The position numbers and the translations under genes were made by a program. A DNA stretch of 64,000 bases from Adineta vaga (taxonomy: Eukaryota; Animalia; Rotifera), in assembly GCA_021613535.1 (NCBI GenBank), contig CP075492.1, positions 7,750,001 through 7,814,000 on the forward strand, given 5' to 3'. This document shows, piece by piece, positions 24,924 through 39,500 of the stretch. The notes beneath the pieces are model-generated. The model was not told the DNA's origin and did no database searches. It saw only the letters and a list, made by a program, of their open reading frames with translations. The number at the start of each line of letters is the position of its first letter. The stretch's first letter is position 1.

Positions 24924-27121
24924 TTGAGCAAGAAAAAAAAACTAGTTGAAAAAATACAAAACTTTAGAAAATTTTGCGCCTAAAGAAAACGAAAAAATTG
25001 TCAATAAAATATTTTTTCTTAATTATTAAGACGTTATATAACATTGAAGTTTATATAGATTCTTCATTTGAATAAAATATTCTTATCATTTCTCTCATCT
25101 ATGTTACTGATATATTAGAACTAAAAATAAACATCATGTGTAAGAGAAAAAATAATAATTTACACGCTTGAATAGGAGACCGGTACGTTTCATATAAACA
25201 TTTACAGTCGAAGAAAAAAACGCAATAGGAAAAAAGAAACGATAGAATGAGAGAGAAAAATAATATTGATTATTTCTTCTTCTTCTTTTTTTTGATCAAT
25301 TGCCTTGATTGAACATGTCGAGCGAATGGGGCAGTCGGTCGTTTGTACGTTAGTTACTCATCTACAGATGGCCCTTTTTCGCTAACGCTTTTGTGAAGGG
25401 TAATCAGCTGTTTGTCGTTCTTTTTCTTTCTTTTTTTCTTCTTACCCGCATATGATCTTCCATATGATTTGATCTACTCTTATGCACATGTGGCATATAA
25501 GGGGCAAAACTAAGGGCGAAATAATAACACTAAAAGATAAATTGAAATTAAAAAATGTAAAAGTTTCTAAAAAATTCTATGATGTCTTTCTATTTTGCAT
25601 GTCTATGCACGATGAAATATCTTCTATTTCGTCGAATAATTTGCATTATTTTGCTTATCTAATCATGATTGAATAAGAAATAAATGGATAGGAAAACAAA
25701 CAAAAAAAAACAGCTAATACTTTCTTTATTTCAAGATAAAATTATGAAACTAGATGTTTTTCAATGAGGAAGACTATACGAAATAACAACAGGACAAATG
25801 ATATGAAGTGCGAATAAGCCATACATATATTTTTGTTTGTCGTCCACAAATTATAGCAAGACGACAACGCCTACCATCCTCATTCGTGCGTAGTCGACAG
25901 AGGACACTTTTTAACTATTAAAAGTGATTTATTTCCAATTCAATCCGATGTTTTATTAGAATATTCAAAGAAAATTTCATGAACTTTTTTCGTATATATG
26001 ACTATTAGAGACAGAGTACGTTCGTAGCCGGAATACATGATTGATAGTGGCTTCTATTGTTTGTTGTGAAAAAAATAATGTTTGACACATTTCAATCAAA
26101 ATAAGACGAAAAAATATCTTAAAATTTCTAGAAAAATAAAATGTAAACTATATCTAACCTTAAAACTCAATTCCAAGTCAGGTTTTTCTTCGAAACAAAC
26201 AAAAACGATAAATGAAGGTAACAAGTAATGACTATTTTTTTCAAATTTATACTGGTTAATTGTGACATTCTCTAATGTTGGTGAATTAGGTAGGATTCAA
26301 CAGGGAAAAAGAAAAACATTATGATATATTCGATCATATGTTCTTCATTTTGTGAGAATAATCAAAATCATTGTGATTATATATTGATACTATAGTTTAT
26401 AGAGTTTATTGAAAATAACAAATGATAATACTGGAGGAAAGATTTCAATGTGCTCAAAATTTTGGAAAACATACACACCAATCGATACATTTTCCAACAA
26501 GAGCCAATGCTTCGTTCTATAGGTATATTATATAATGTATCAATGAGAATGAATATAGTATATTGCTGATAAATTTGTGGTTAAAATAATTCAAAACCAA
26601 AAGTATCAATGATCTGTCAAATTTCTTTAAACTGTGTAGCAGTAGAATATCATCGAAATAAATCATAAGCTATTATTTCAGAGAAATTTGTCTCTCATTA
26701 GAATTTTGTTTAGCAAAAATTTCGAGCATCTCTAACAGTTTGAAATATTGACGAAGTCAAAGAACAGTCTATAACTTGATTGGTAGCGTCCTCTATCAGT
26801 TAATTGTAAATAATTAATAAAAACTAAACTGATCATTGACATTTCTTTCAACAAAAATCACTATTGCATTAAAATCATTGATTGAAACTTAAAATAGAAC
26901 TGACAATTAACTTCAATAGAGTGGATTTACTAAACTTCTAAAATCCATTAAAAACCCATACTATCGTATATGTTTATTTGGATTGATTTCTATTTTATAC
27001 CATTCCATTAATTCATTTTCGTTTTGTATATTTTCAATTGTGAATCTTAGTGTTTTTTCTTCAATAAAATTATGTTTTAGATCTAACATCAATATAGTTA
27101 AGTCTCAAAGAAATCATCATC

Positions 27122-28496
27122 ATGAGTCATCGAAAATTCGAACATCCCCGACATGGTAATCTTGGATTCTTACCTAAAAAGCGAGCATGTCGTCATCGTG
27201 GTAAAGTGAAATCATTTCCAAAAGATGATCCAAAAAAACCAGTTCATCTTACCGCTTTTCTTGGTTATAAAGCTGGTATGACTCACATTGTTCGTGAAGT
27301 CGACCGTCCAGCTTCAAGTATGTGATTGTTCAATTCTGATAAAAATATCTTTATTTCTATATGCAAAATTTTTTAGAATTAAACAAAAAAGAAACTGTTG
27401 AAGCTGTAACCATTATTGAAACACCACCTATGGTCATTGTTGGTGTTGTTGGTTATATCGTTACACCACGTGGTCTTCGTGCATATAAAACAATTTATGC
27501 TCAACATTTGAACGAAGAATGTCGTCGACGATTTTATAAGAATTGGTATTCGTCAAAACGAAAAGCTTTCTCAAAATATTCACAAAAATGGAATGATGAT
27601 GCTGGAAAGAAAGCTCTCGAAAATGATTTCAAACAAATGGGAAAATACTGTAAAGTTATTCGTGTATTAGCTCATACACAAATGAAATTATTACGTAAAC
27701 GACAAAAGAAAGCTCATATTATGGAAATTCAATTGAATGGTGGTACAATCGAACAAAAGCTTGCTTTTGCTCGTGAACATTTAGAAAAACAAGTACCTGT
27801 TACACAAGTCTTTTCTAAAGATGAAATGATCGATACCATATCTGTCACCAAAGGTCGTGGTTTCAAAGGTGTTACATCACGTTGGCATACAAGAAAATTA
27901 CCACGTAAAACACACAAAGGTTTACGTAAAGTTGCTTGTATTGGTGCTTGGCATCCAGCTCATGTGTCTTTTGCCGTTGCACGTGCTGGTCAAAAAGGTT
28001 ATCATCATCGTACAGAAATTAACAAGAAAATCTATCGTATTGGTGATGCTATTCAAGTTAAAGATGGTAAAACAGTGAAAAATACCGGTTCAACTGATCA
28101 TGATCCAACTGAAAAAACCATCAATCCAATGGTAAAATAAATTCTTTTGTTTTTTTTTTGAACTTTAAACAAGAATAATCTTCATTATTTTAGGGTGGTT
28201 TTCCACATTACGGTGAAGTAAAACAAGATTTTATCATGATTAAAGGTTGTTGTATTGGTCCAAAGAAACGTCCAATAACATTACGTAAATCATTGATTCT
28301 TAATCCAAAACGTTCACATCGGGAACAAATCGATTTACGTTTCATCGATACATCATCCAAATTTGGTCATGGTCGATTTCAAACTCATGAAGAAAAACGC
28401 AACTTTATGGGTCCACTCAAGAAAAATCGTCTTCAAGAAGAACAACAAACAGCACAACCATCATCAGCAACAACAGCACAAATACAATCTGCTTAA
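27122..28496 (+). CDS. RPL3: 60S ribosomal protein L3 (uL3), 3 coding exons
   Basis: [92 protein letters not shown]. Confidence 0.99.
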
Positions 28497-30895
28497 AATT
28501 GTTGTTATCGTTGTTTTTCTTTTTCGTTTATGCTGCTGTTAATCAAACTTTTGTTTTGCACATGAATCAGACGAAACATAAAATAAAATTTCGACGGCAG
28601 TTAAATAACAAGAACCATGCCTATATTATAGTATATTCATTTCTTCTACTCATACGATGTATCTTCAAAAAAAAATAAATGAATTATAACATAAATATAA
28701 ACGATTAGAATATTATTTACAACCTATTCTCAATTAAAATATGAAAACTTTGTTTTTAGTAAACAATAATACGAACTATCATAGATATGTATGATAAATA
28801 TTGTTGAATTGTATAATATGTTGAACAGAAAATATGCGACCTTTTTTTTGACATGAATAATATACGAATCTTTTGTGAATCGAATGTTTAATAAACTGAA
28901 TCAATGTGAAAATGTTATTTTGACTGAGTATACTTGATTTTCGTTCGATATTATATGAAAGACAGAATTGAATATAAATTACAATTTTATTTTCATATTC
29001 TAAAACATAAAAAACAATGAGAAGAGATTTCTTATCCTATTATACGAATCAGTTTTGATTGTTTGTAAAGATCAAAATCATGTAATCTATTTCATTTTAT
29101 AATTGTAATTAGATATGTTCAAGTTTCGTTTAGAACTGGCAAACAGATCGAATAGTTCTTTTCAATCTTGTCCTCATTGTCAAGACGGTAATAGGATGGT
29201 ATTTTTTCGATTTTCTATAACTCAGTCTGTAAGATATCTTCTCTTCTATTTGAAGAACTAGAATTCATTCTCACCTTAATCAGATTAAATAATCGAAATT
29301 CATGAAAAGCTACAATGATGACTTTATGAAATGATGAGATACGAAATTTTTTGTTCGTTTCACAGAACTTCGTTAGATATAATTTGTAATACAGACACAT
29401 TGATTACAATGTTAATATATAGATAATCTATGTGATAGTCAAAAAGAATATATTTTATCAAATTTCATCCGTTTTGACTTCTCAATGTCAGAGCGCTGTG
29501 ACAGAAGATCATCAGATTTTGTCATTGATAATGAACTTATACATGTGTCATTTTAACTAAAAATCAATCTTTTATGACGATGTTCACAAGTCACGTTCGT
29601 TATGAACGACATACTTGCCAGCTAAAGAAAAGAATTTTTGGTTACTAGCAATGAAACGATCATCAATAGTTTTGATTATATTTTATTTGAACTGTATTAA
29701 CTATTCTTATCTCCTATTCCATCTCAGACATCTACATATAAGTTCATTGTATACTTTTTCTGGTAATACAACATTCGTTTTATATGACTCATCATATCTA
29801 TAACAATTTAAATACGGATACTGATTATTCCCAATAGTATCATGTTTCTTTGTCGATAGTAATTATGTCTTTGTCAATCTGTTGTCGTCCACAACTGTAA
29901 CAATACGAAACATATGTTGTACCCTATGTCCTCTGTTGAGTGATTGCTTAAAAATGTATTTCATATGTCCATAACTCAACAACTCATGACTAGATAAACA
30001 ACCTTATCACAATATAATACATTGAGAAATAAGCTCAACTTGATGAACTCTTTTCAGTCAATGAATAGTAGCTACACAAATCAGCTGCTTTTCGATTGGT
30101 TCCATTGATTGATGGTTAAACGATATTTTTTTCTATTTCTTTCTGTCGATTACAAATTCCCATACCAGAAAGAGACCTGACATTGGTGAGCGTAGGAGGT
30201 AGAAATGAATCAGTTGGTGTTATTTTATCGATGAATAAGAGCGAATGAAATTCCTTTGTTTGAATCTTGTTTTTTTCTCTCTTTAACTATACAAATGTAC
30301 AAGCTTCATCCAAAAAAAAGAGGAACAGTCAGCAAACGTATACAAACAGACACTCATCATTAATATCAAATGAGTGAAAAAACAACAGATTACAAAATCA
30401 AACCAACGAACAGAAGCAACAGAGAAAAAGACGAAGAAGAGAAGAGAAGAGAAGATGCATAGCTTTTTTCCTTTGTCATCACAACACAAAAACAAACAAC
30501 GTAAATAAAATGCAACAGAAGAAGAAAAAACTAGACCGGTGTAAACAAATGAAACAAAACGCTAAAACGATATTGTATGTGATGTGTTTGAATCGTACTA
30601 TTTTAGAGAAAGCGTTCGAAAAGAAACAACAAGAAATTGTTCGCGCGAACACACATACACACACAAAGATAGGACAAAAGAATGTATATCACTGTCCTTT
30701 TGAAATACTTGAGCTAAACAGAAAAGAGGAAATATGCACATACACATAAGAAATGAGCATTTTTTGGTCTTGTTTCTTGAATACACACGACACACAAACA
30801 GAGAAGAAGAAGAAGAAAAATATATGTATATATTATTTACAGATAGACGAAAGTACAAACCGGGACATGTAACAAGGAGAGAGAGAGGAGTGTTG

Positions 30896-33007
30896 TTAAT
30901 GTGGTGAATAACGTAGATTACGTTGTATCAAATGTTCTTGCAATAAATGAGCTACTGTTGATGGTGATGATCCATCACTACATATTTGTTCATGATGATG
31001 AACTTCCGGACTTGATATAGGCGGTAAATCTAGAAGAGAAAAGATGAATAATGAAAATACTACAAGAAAATTCATACCTGATCTCTGAATGATTGTGTCA
31101 TCACTTTCATTATATGTTATTTTTCTCTTTTTAGGTGGTTTTTGATGTAGATCAATATCATGTGTAATTACTGCTGTTGGTTGTTGTTGTTCATAAATAT
31201 TAATTGTCTGTTGATAAATTGCATTTGTTGGCGAGGGTGATGATGGATTCTTATTATTTGTTTGTTGTTGTTGTTGTTGCTGTTGTTGAAATTTTTCATT
31301 AATCATTGCTTTTAGTTGTGCAGGTAAATCTTCTTGATGATGTTCCATTGTCGATGATGTTTGTTGTACTTGATTCATGTTAGCTAGTGCATCATCACCT
31401 TCTAAATGTCGAATAGCTTCAACAATCGTTTGTAAATTTCGACGTGAAACAGTATTATTTGTATCAACACTTTGTGTCCTGAGTTGACAACGTTCAACTA
31501 TAACAATTTCATTATCATGATTTTGATCAAGTGAATTTGTTTTATAACAACGTTGACTAGGTTGACTTTGTTTCACAATCATATATGTTGTATCTGAAGT
31601 TGTAGGTGCACTCGATTGTTTAACAGTTCGATAATATTTATCAATTTGCTGAAATAGAAAAGAAAACGAATATTTTTTCAAAAATATTTTTGAAATCTAT
31701 TGAACTTACAGATGGTGATTGATCATCTTTAGCTGTTTGAACATATTGAGCATGCCAATATGTTTGACGATTTTTGACATCATCAAAAACATTATTGACA
31801 CTTGGTTTGCTTTCTTCATTATTTCCGAGTAAAAGAACAGTTTCGTCAGGATCTATAAAAGTTATTTATCAATGTCAATTTGATGTAAAGGTTAATGGAT
31901 AAATAACTGTCAACAACAGTGGTTTATTTTTGTCTAACCACAGAAAGAAAAAAAAGTGCCGACAACCCGCGTACTTACCGTTCGTTGATAACCGTCGTTG
32001 GGCTTGTAAAACACTTGATGAATCAATTTGAAAACTTTTTATAAATATACGAAGTTGTTCATTCTGAGATTGAAGTTTAAGTTTTTCATTTTCGAGACTT
32101 TTTATATGATCAGCAGCTCGTTGAAGGATGCATGCCTGATAGAGAAGAAACGAAATTTAGTATTTATATTTTTGAAGATGAAATTTTTTCTAACATACTT
32201 TGCTAAGTTTTTCACCACAGGAATGAGGAATGAGAATTTTTAAACTTTGAAAACCAGTATTGATTGATTGCATACGACGACGTTCATTGGAATTTGCAAT
32301 TTCACGACGTACACGTTTTTCATGTTCTAACTGAGTATCTGGAGACATATCCGAACTAATATAATTAGAAAACATGAAATAGTAAAGATATATATATATA
32401 TATTCAAATAAGATAAGATATATAACTGCAATGTGATCTTCTTCTTTTTTTCTATATTATTCATCAGTTACTCTGACAGCTTGTCTATCCATCTGTCTTT
32501 CAACGCATAACATAAATTGAAGTGATGACATGCAAGTGGATCTGTTTTTTTCTATGTATGTGTCTCTTTCTCTCTCTGTACATATGTTGATATGCATATA
32601 TTCGTTACTAAACTGAACCACAGTCAATAAATGTATCTAAACGAACAAGAGAACAAGCTGTGTATATATACACATGAACACACATACGCATATACGCTCA
32701 CACATATGTGTATTGTATTCTAATTCAGTTTAGAACGAACGAGAGGAAATTCTCCTTTGGCTATCTGCCAACCACCATTCATTCTACACATACGCACGCG
32801 CACACATGCGGAAAGAAAGAACAAGATCGTTCTTCTTTCTTTATTTTTTCTCTTATTATTGAACACATACCTAACGTGACTAGAAGTAGGTGAATTATTT
32901 GGTGGTAATTTACGTTGTAACGGTGATTCAGGCATTACATGAAGATAATGATGCTGTTGTGATTCTTGATCAGATGTGTTGTCATCCACAACATAGCAAT
33001 AGGACAT
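30896..33007 (-). CDS. TFAP4: bHLH-ZIP transcription factor AP-4 (TFAP4/cropped), multi-exon
   Basis: EKRVRREIANSNERRRMQSINTGFQSLKILIPHSCGEKLSK/ACILQRAADHIKSLENEK (AP-4 bHLH and zipper), plus the C-terminal TIV motif SRRNLQTIVEAIRHLEG. First exon ATG at 33007 is inferred. Confidence 0.92.
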
Positions 33008-33450
33008 TCACGATATATATATATATATATATACGTTTGTAGTGTATCTTTCTATAGAAGAGAAAAGAAAAAAATTTGTCATGTGAACAGATGACGATGT
33101 AGACGAAGAAAAAAAAAGAAGAATAGATATAATAGTCATAGTAAGAAGGAACAGGGAAAAGTCTATTGAATACATACGTTTTTGTTTTCGGACAAATATC
33201 GAATTTGATGTATCTATTCGAAGAATTAGTTGTAGTAAAAGTACGTATACAAGTTAACGATAGAGACGCGAATCAACCCGATGATGTCGACGAGAGTGTG
33301 TGTGTATGTGTGTAGGGTAATAATAGAAACCAGAAAAGAGAGCGCGCGAGAAGAATAGAGAGAGAGAAAGGAATGCGAACGAACGACGACCAAGAGGAAA
33401 AAGCACAAACAGAGAAAAAAAGGGTGTCTTATTTTTCATTAACGGCGAAT

Positions 33451-33585
33451 CAGCTGCACGACACAAGACACACACATACACACGCATAAGAAGAACGAAG
33501 AAACAGCTGCTCTCTTTTCCTATCCATCCATCGCATTTGTATGTATGTTAGGTTGTGAGGTGGCGCGTGAGCCAACCAATAGAAA
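33451..33585 (-). promoter_or_regulatory. Putative TFAP4 promoter/5' region: two CAGCTG E-boxes, a GGCGCG motif and a CCAAT box
   Basis: CAGCTG at 33451-33456 and 33504-33509; GTGGCGCGTGAGCCAACCAAT at ~33560-33580, a GC-rich patch within AT-rich DNA. Confidence 0.4.
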
Positions 33586-35265
33586 AAATCATTCGTTAGA
33601 AGAAGAAGAAGAGAACAATAGTTCTTCTTTTTTTCCTCTTTTGAAATCACATGATGCTCGATAACGTATGCATTTGGTTGAATGCCAATAATATTTGTTG
33701 GATTGGTTACTGTTCGTAAATGCATCGACATTTTCCTCTTCTTCTCTTTCCTCTTCTCGACAACGGGAATAAACTAAAAAAAGAAATACGCATTTTTTTT
33801 CTTTCCTTCTTTCTCTAGTGTGTGTTGCTTCTATGAATAGAAGACATATGAGCGAGAAAAAGAATGAAAATTAACCGGGGTAGTAACGACAGAGAGTGGA
33901 TTGTGACGATGTCGTGTCGTTTGAATGTGTTGTTATCTTATACTCTGTACCGAAACATATGAAAGACAAACCAAATAGAATAAAGGCGACAAATGAGTAA
34001 CCTGATTATTATCATCACACAAAAAGAAATCAAAGACAAGAGATCATTTGGCTTGTTGCCAAATTCATAGTTTGCCAAAAAGATCTTACTAAAAAAACGA
34101 CTACTGGCGTCATGAAAGAAAGAAAATGATATTATTTGGCACGTAATGAGAAAATGAGTTTGCTCTGGCAAGAAGCCAGACCAAACTAAATGAATAGAGA
34201 GTCCAAATGACATTGTAAATGTGCATACTACTTTGTCTCTTTCTACTTGACAACACAATCAACTTTATACGTGGATAACTATCAGTATGAATTAAACATT
34301 ACACATACACATTTCACGTCAACGACAAAAATCGAATCGATAAATCAAATTGTAAAGTGCGTATATGCACATACATAGACGAATCATTCGTTGATACTAA
34401 GAATGATCTTTTTCTCTCCTATTACTAATACATAAAATGAATGATTTCACTAGAGAATAAATACATGAAAATCACCACAGCAGATCTATACAATATAAAC
34501 GAAATATGTCACTTATTTGGACTGAAAAGAAAACGAAAATCTTCATATTATGATTATATAACCTGTTATGATATTTCTCTACGATCATACAAAAAAAAAC
34601 GATGTAAATAGTAACAAAATGTTCTTTTATAAAATAAAATAGAAGTTCATATATTCGTATATCTATAAATTATTATCTTCACGATCATAGAACATATCAA
34701 TATTGAAAATTATTTTTATTTTACGTTTTTGATACTGTTGATGATAAAAATAGTAATCATTGATGTACTTTCTTACAAGAAATCAATTTCGTTGTTTTAT
34801 TATTGTTTCATGCTATTCATTTAAAAGGAAATTTTATCACGCGTATGATCAGAAAGGAAAAGGTAAGAACGTAATAATGTTATGTTTGAACCGTTGAATA
34901 GCTCAGGTTAGTTACTAAATATAAATCGTCATTTGAAATTAGATAATCATCTGTCATAGAGTAATCATTTCGATACTGATACAACAAAAACTAACTTAAA
35001 TTTGATAAGACAAATATGTGATTGATTTGAGTAACCAAGAGGTATTTTATCCGATGCACTGGCTACATGATATTTGTTGATAATAGCAAAAATAGCTTTC
35101 AAACTTTTTATACTTATAAAAAAAAGATATTTTTAACAAGATTGTCGTACAAGATGTAGTGTTGAGAATTCATAATTATACAATAGTTTGAAAAAAATAA
35201 ATGTCTTTATCATTGAATGATGTAAAAATATAAGATATTTTTTGACAAATGAAACATATTTTCGA

Positions 35266-35998
35266 TTAAAATTCCGATGCCGGTGGTAATTCTCTTGGTG
35301 GTTCTGGCCAATGCGGTGGTGGTGGTGGTGGTGATGATTGTATGAGACCTAATTCTGCAACTGTATGTGGATCAGCAACTGTATTCTTTGCATGAACTCG
35401 AATACCAGTATAAACATAGATCAAAACATAAACGAGACAAGTAGCGATCATAGCTGCTGCACAACCAATTTGTATTTTGAGTAGAGTTAATTTAATCCAA
35501 TGAATTTCATTGCTTGTATTCAATGTAATACTAAAAAGATGCATATCTGTGAATTGTTCATTACATAAATTCTTTGGCCATAAGCATGTATGAGGATTTC
35601 GAAGAAATGAAACATCATAGAATACAAGAATACTGGATATAGCAATTGATAGAAGATAAACAATGAATGTATATGTTGCGCATAATGGTGATTTTCGACA
35701 ACAACATCCTGAAATATAATAGTTGAAAAGTATAGTTTTCATATGGAAATGTTCGTTTTTAAAACCTACCAACAATAAATGTTAATATCCAAGTAATGAT
35801 ATAAATAAATGATGCGATAAAACCAATGAAAAAAAAGGAATATTTTATATTAGTAATCATACTCCATAATTCTAAGCATAAAATGGCACCAGTTAATAAA
35901 ATTTCAATGATAGCAATTAAGTTGATTAATAATTTTGGCCAAAATCGTTCCCATCGCAGACGTCGATGATCTCTGGTATAATATTGAAAAAATGGCAT
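35266..35998 (-). CDS. Uncharacterised four-TM membrane protein with a Pro-rich C-terminal tail (2 exons, intron ~35710-35769)
   Basis: Two ORFs join at a GT-AG intron (...LTFIV/GCCCRK...). Four hydrophobic segments, a Cys-containing loop (CLWPKNLC), and tail PPPPPPHWPEPPRELPP. Confidence 0.7.
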
Positions 35999-36571
35999 CT
36001 AGTATTTAGATCTTATCAATTTATAAAAGAGATAGATCCGAATATCTCTATGATTTTATTATGGTCCAAGTTGTGAATCAGACAACAGTAAATATGTTTT
36101 TTTTGTTTCTCTCACTCTCTCTCTTTCTCTCTAGAGAAGAGAATAATGTTGATACTGATTTGAATAATTATGATCTGTGTCAATATATTCGAACAAGAGA
36201 TTGTAAAACGTGGGCGAATATTATTTCTAATGATAAGCACACTGAATTTCGATTCATCCTTCCAAAGCAAAGTTTTCAAGAGAGAGAAAAAAACGAAATT
36301 TTGTCTGTAAACATATAATACTTATCATTGAAGTTCAATGAACTTTTCCAGATGAAAGAATTCGATTTTTTTGTAAAACTAAAATAAAAATTGTCTGATA
36401 AAATATGAATGCTATATTTATAATTCTAAACAAACTCGTATGTGAAAAATGCGAAAAGGTTATTATTCATTTTTTTTCTTCTTTGTTACGTTCTGCCATC
36501 TATCGATGAATAGTTCTGGTATAAGAAAAAAACAACAACAGCAATCAAGTAAAAGTTAAAAATGGAAACCA

Positions 36572-39500
36572 ATGAAAATAATTCTATCTTGCATCAGTCT
36601 GATGTTCGAATCTGATTCAAAGCATTTTCCTCAATCTTCCTCAATAATGAATTGGAATCATTTTCGAGATATTCTTATCGATGAATTATCTGTTGAAGGT
36701 CTCGATGGTTGTACATTCAATCATTTGTATACTATTGTTAAACCATTACTTTTCTCAATTGATAATCAACCTTCTACCGATAATTATCTTCGTTCGTATA
36801 TATGGAAAATTCTCTTATCATGTTCATGTATTGAACTTTATGAATTACCAATTAAACTGCTTCCACCTTCAACACCAAATGATCTTGCTGTTGAAAATCT
36901 TGAATTAAATCATCGTGGTTATTCATCATCATATTATCAACGTAAATTACTTTCGAATAAATCCGCTTATCTAAATCTCGATGATATATCAACACTTGAT
37001 CGAATTCATTTAGTTGTTGAACAAAATGTTCGCGAATTTCGTATAATTCAAGGTCAATTCGATACGAAACAATTATTTAGTAAATATGAATATGCACTAT
37101 TAGAATGTATTTGTAAAACTCGTTCGAAAGGAATATCAACATCAGGCAATGATGGTCTTGCAAAAATATTCAATATTAATAGTAAATCATTATTCTATTA
37201 TCTTAAACAATTGATTTCATTGGATATAGTTAAAAAGTTAAATTTAACACGACAATTAGTTGGAACATTAAAACAACCGATATTAATTCTTACACGATAT
37301 ATAACAAAAAATGATTATATGAATTCAAAATATACGATTATTGATCGATTGAAAAGTTATTTGGAACAATGTAAAAATCATTCATGTGAACGAAATCATT
37401 TGAAATCCTATTTATCCTTAGGAGAGAAATCGTTTCGTTCATTAATGAGAAAATGTAAACGATTAAATTTAATTGAAAAATATAATAAAACAATGAATGA
37501 ATATGAATTAAAACGATTTTTAAGTAATGAACAAGATTCACCAACAACACCAACAACACCAACAACATTAATTTGTTTAAATAATCGAACACGATTACGT
37601 TCTTATACATTTTTTCGTTTAAAATCGCATGATAATTCACATAAAGATGATGATGAAGAAATTGCATCATCAAGTGATGAAAATGAACAATCGGAAGATG
37701 AAGAAGAAGTCGAAGAAGAAATTCTAGATGATGAAGATGATTCAAATATGTTACCTTTATCCGAAGCATCAAGTCAATTAGATCAGAATTATTTGAAATT
37801 ATTTGTTGATCGACCATATCATTTTCAATATTATCATTTATTAGAACAAGTAAAAGAGATTGGATTATCTCAAAGAGATTTAGCAAATATTTGTCATTTA
37901 TCATTTTATTCTGCAAGATCAGAAATCAAGTCTTTAACCAAAAATATGAAACATATTTCATTAAAAAGTGTTCAATTGAATCAAAAAGGGAAAATTATGG
38001 AAAATCGCGTAAGAAAATCATCGTAGAAGTGAAAAAAGAATAAGAGAGAAATTTTATTTTTGTTTGATTTAAAGATTTTATTGAAGAAATATATGCCATC
38101 TGCAACAACAAAATCGTCAACAGTGAATAACAATAATAATAATAATAATGTTCGACAACAGATTATTTCAAAAACACCACGTACAAAACGAAAGAAAACG
38201 AATAATAAACAGAAAGAGATCGTCGAATCAACAATAGGTAAGATAATGAAAGCGCACTGATTTGAGAACATTTCTGTCTTTTAGTTGATAGTCCGTTGTC
38301 AGTACCAACAGCTACATCGAATTCACCATCGTTTATCAAATGTGAACCAGTTGATGCTGAACATCTTGATAATGAACCATTATTATCTCGTCTTCTTTCT
38401 TCTGAAGTTGTCTGGCGTTCATCAACACAATCCGTTTCAAAAGAATCGCCGAAAAAGAAATCAAAAACACGAATCAATCCTGTCAAACGAATCAATATTA
38501 AACGTGAACATCGTTTAGATTTAATTCGTTCATATATGCAAGAACATTCGATTTGTACATTAACTGATTTACGTGCTGCTATTATGTTAAGTGAACGAGA
38601 TGAAGGTTTAACAATTCATATGGATCGTAAAACTTTAGATAAATTAGTTGATGATTTAGAAAAAGTTCATCATTTTCTTTTTCGTTTCACTGCACGAATT
38701 AAACAATCACGAACAATTATTTGTTTAGCAATGATTAGTCCGGATATCACACCTGATTGTGAAAAAATTCAACAATTTAAAATTGAACTATCACAAGATA
38801 CGATTGAAGTACCATCAACAAATAAATCTAAACACATCTCACGAGAAAGATTATCAACGACGACAATTACAAATACACAAGAACATGTTTCAGAAGAAGA
38901 AAAACCTATGAATGATGATGAATCAAAAAATACAATTGATAATCTATTTAGTAATGGATTAGAAGAAGAAAAAATTGCATTATTAAAAAAGAAACCATTA
39001 GAAAATATAACTGGCTTTGGAAATTGCTATGGTTATGTATACAAATTTCAACGATGTGCTATTCTACATAAATTTATGTTCTATTTACTCTATGGATACG
39101 ATGGAAATATGGAAAATGAGGATATGGAAGTAAGTTTATTGATATTCAAAAGTGTTGATAACGAAGAATTTGATTAGAAATAACACAAGTTGAATTCTCT
39201 CTTTCTCTTTAGTCAAGTTTCGATTCAGAACAATCATTTGTTTCATCTACTCCTGAAGTTCAAACAATTCTCGATTCAATTCCAAGTACTCGTCGTTATA
39301 CGAAAGCAAATCAAGCAGCTAATTGGAAAACTTTTGTTCCACCATTAGACACTCGTGGCCGTTCGATCCCACCTGGTTGCCTTTATCTCGATGATTTCCT
39401 TATGTGTATGCCAGTATCCATATTTCTTGCAATTGTCTATGTTCCATATAAAGTTCCTGGTCTTATGGAATTACTTTCACATCCAACGAAACGTTTCATA

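Noticed and set aside
27319-28193. Possible intronic snoRNAs in RPL3, as in vertebrates
   Set aside because: Both coding-region introns are only about 60 bp and show no C/D or H/ACA box arrangement.
30283-30858. Overlapping short ORFs downstream of TFAP4
   Set aside because: Simple-sequence 3' UTR (poly-T/A and CA runs) with no coding signature.
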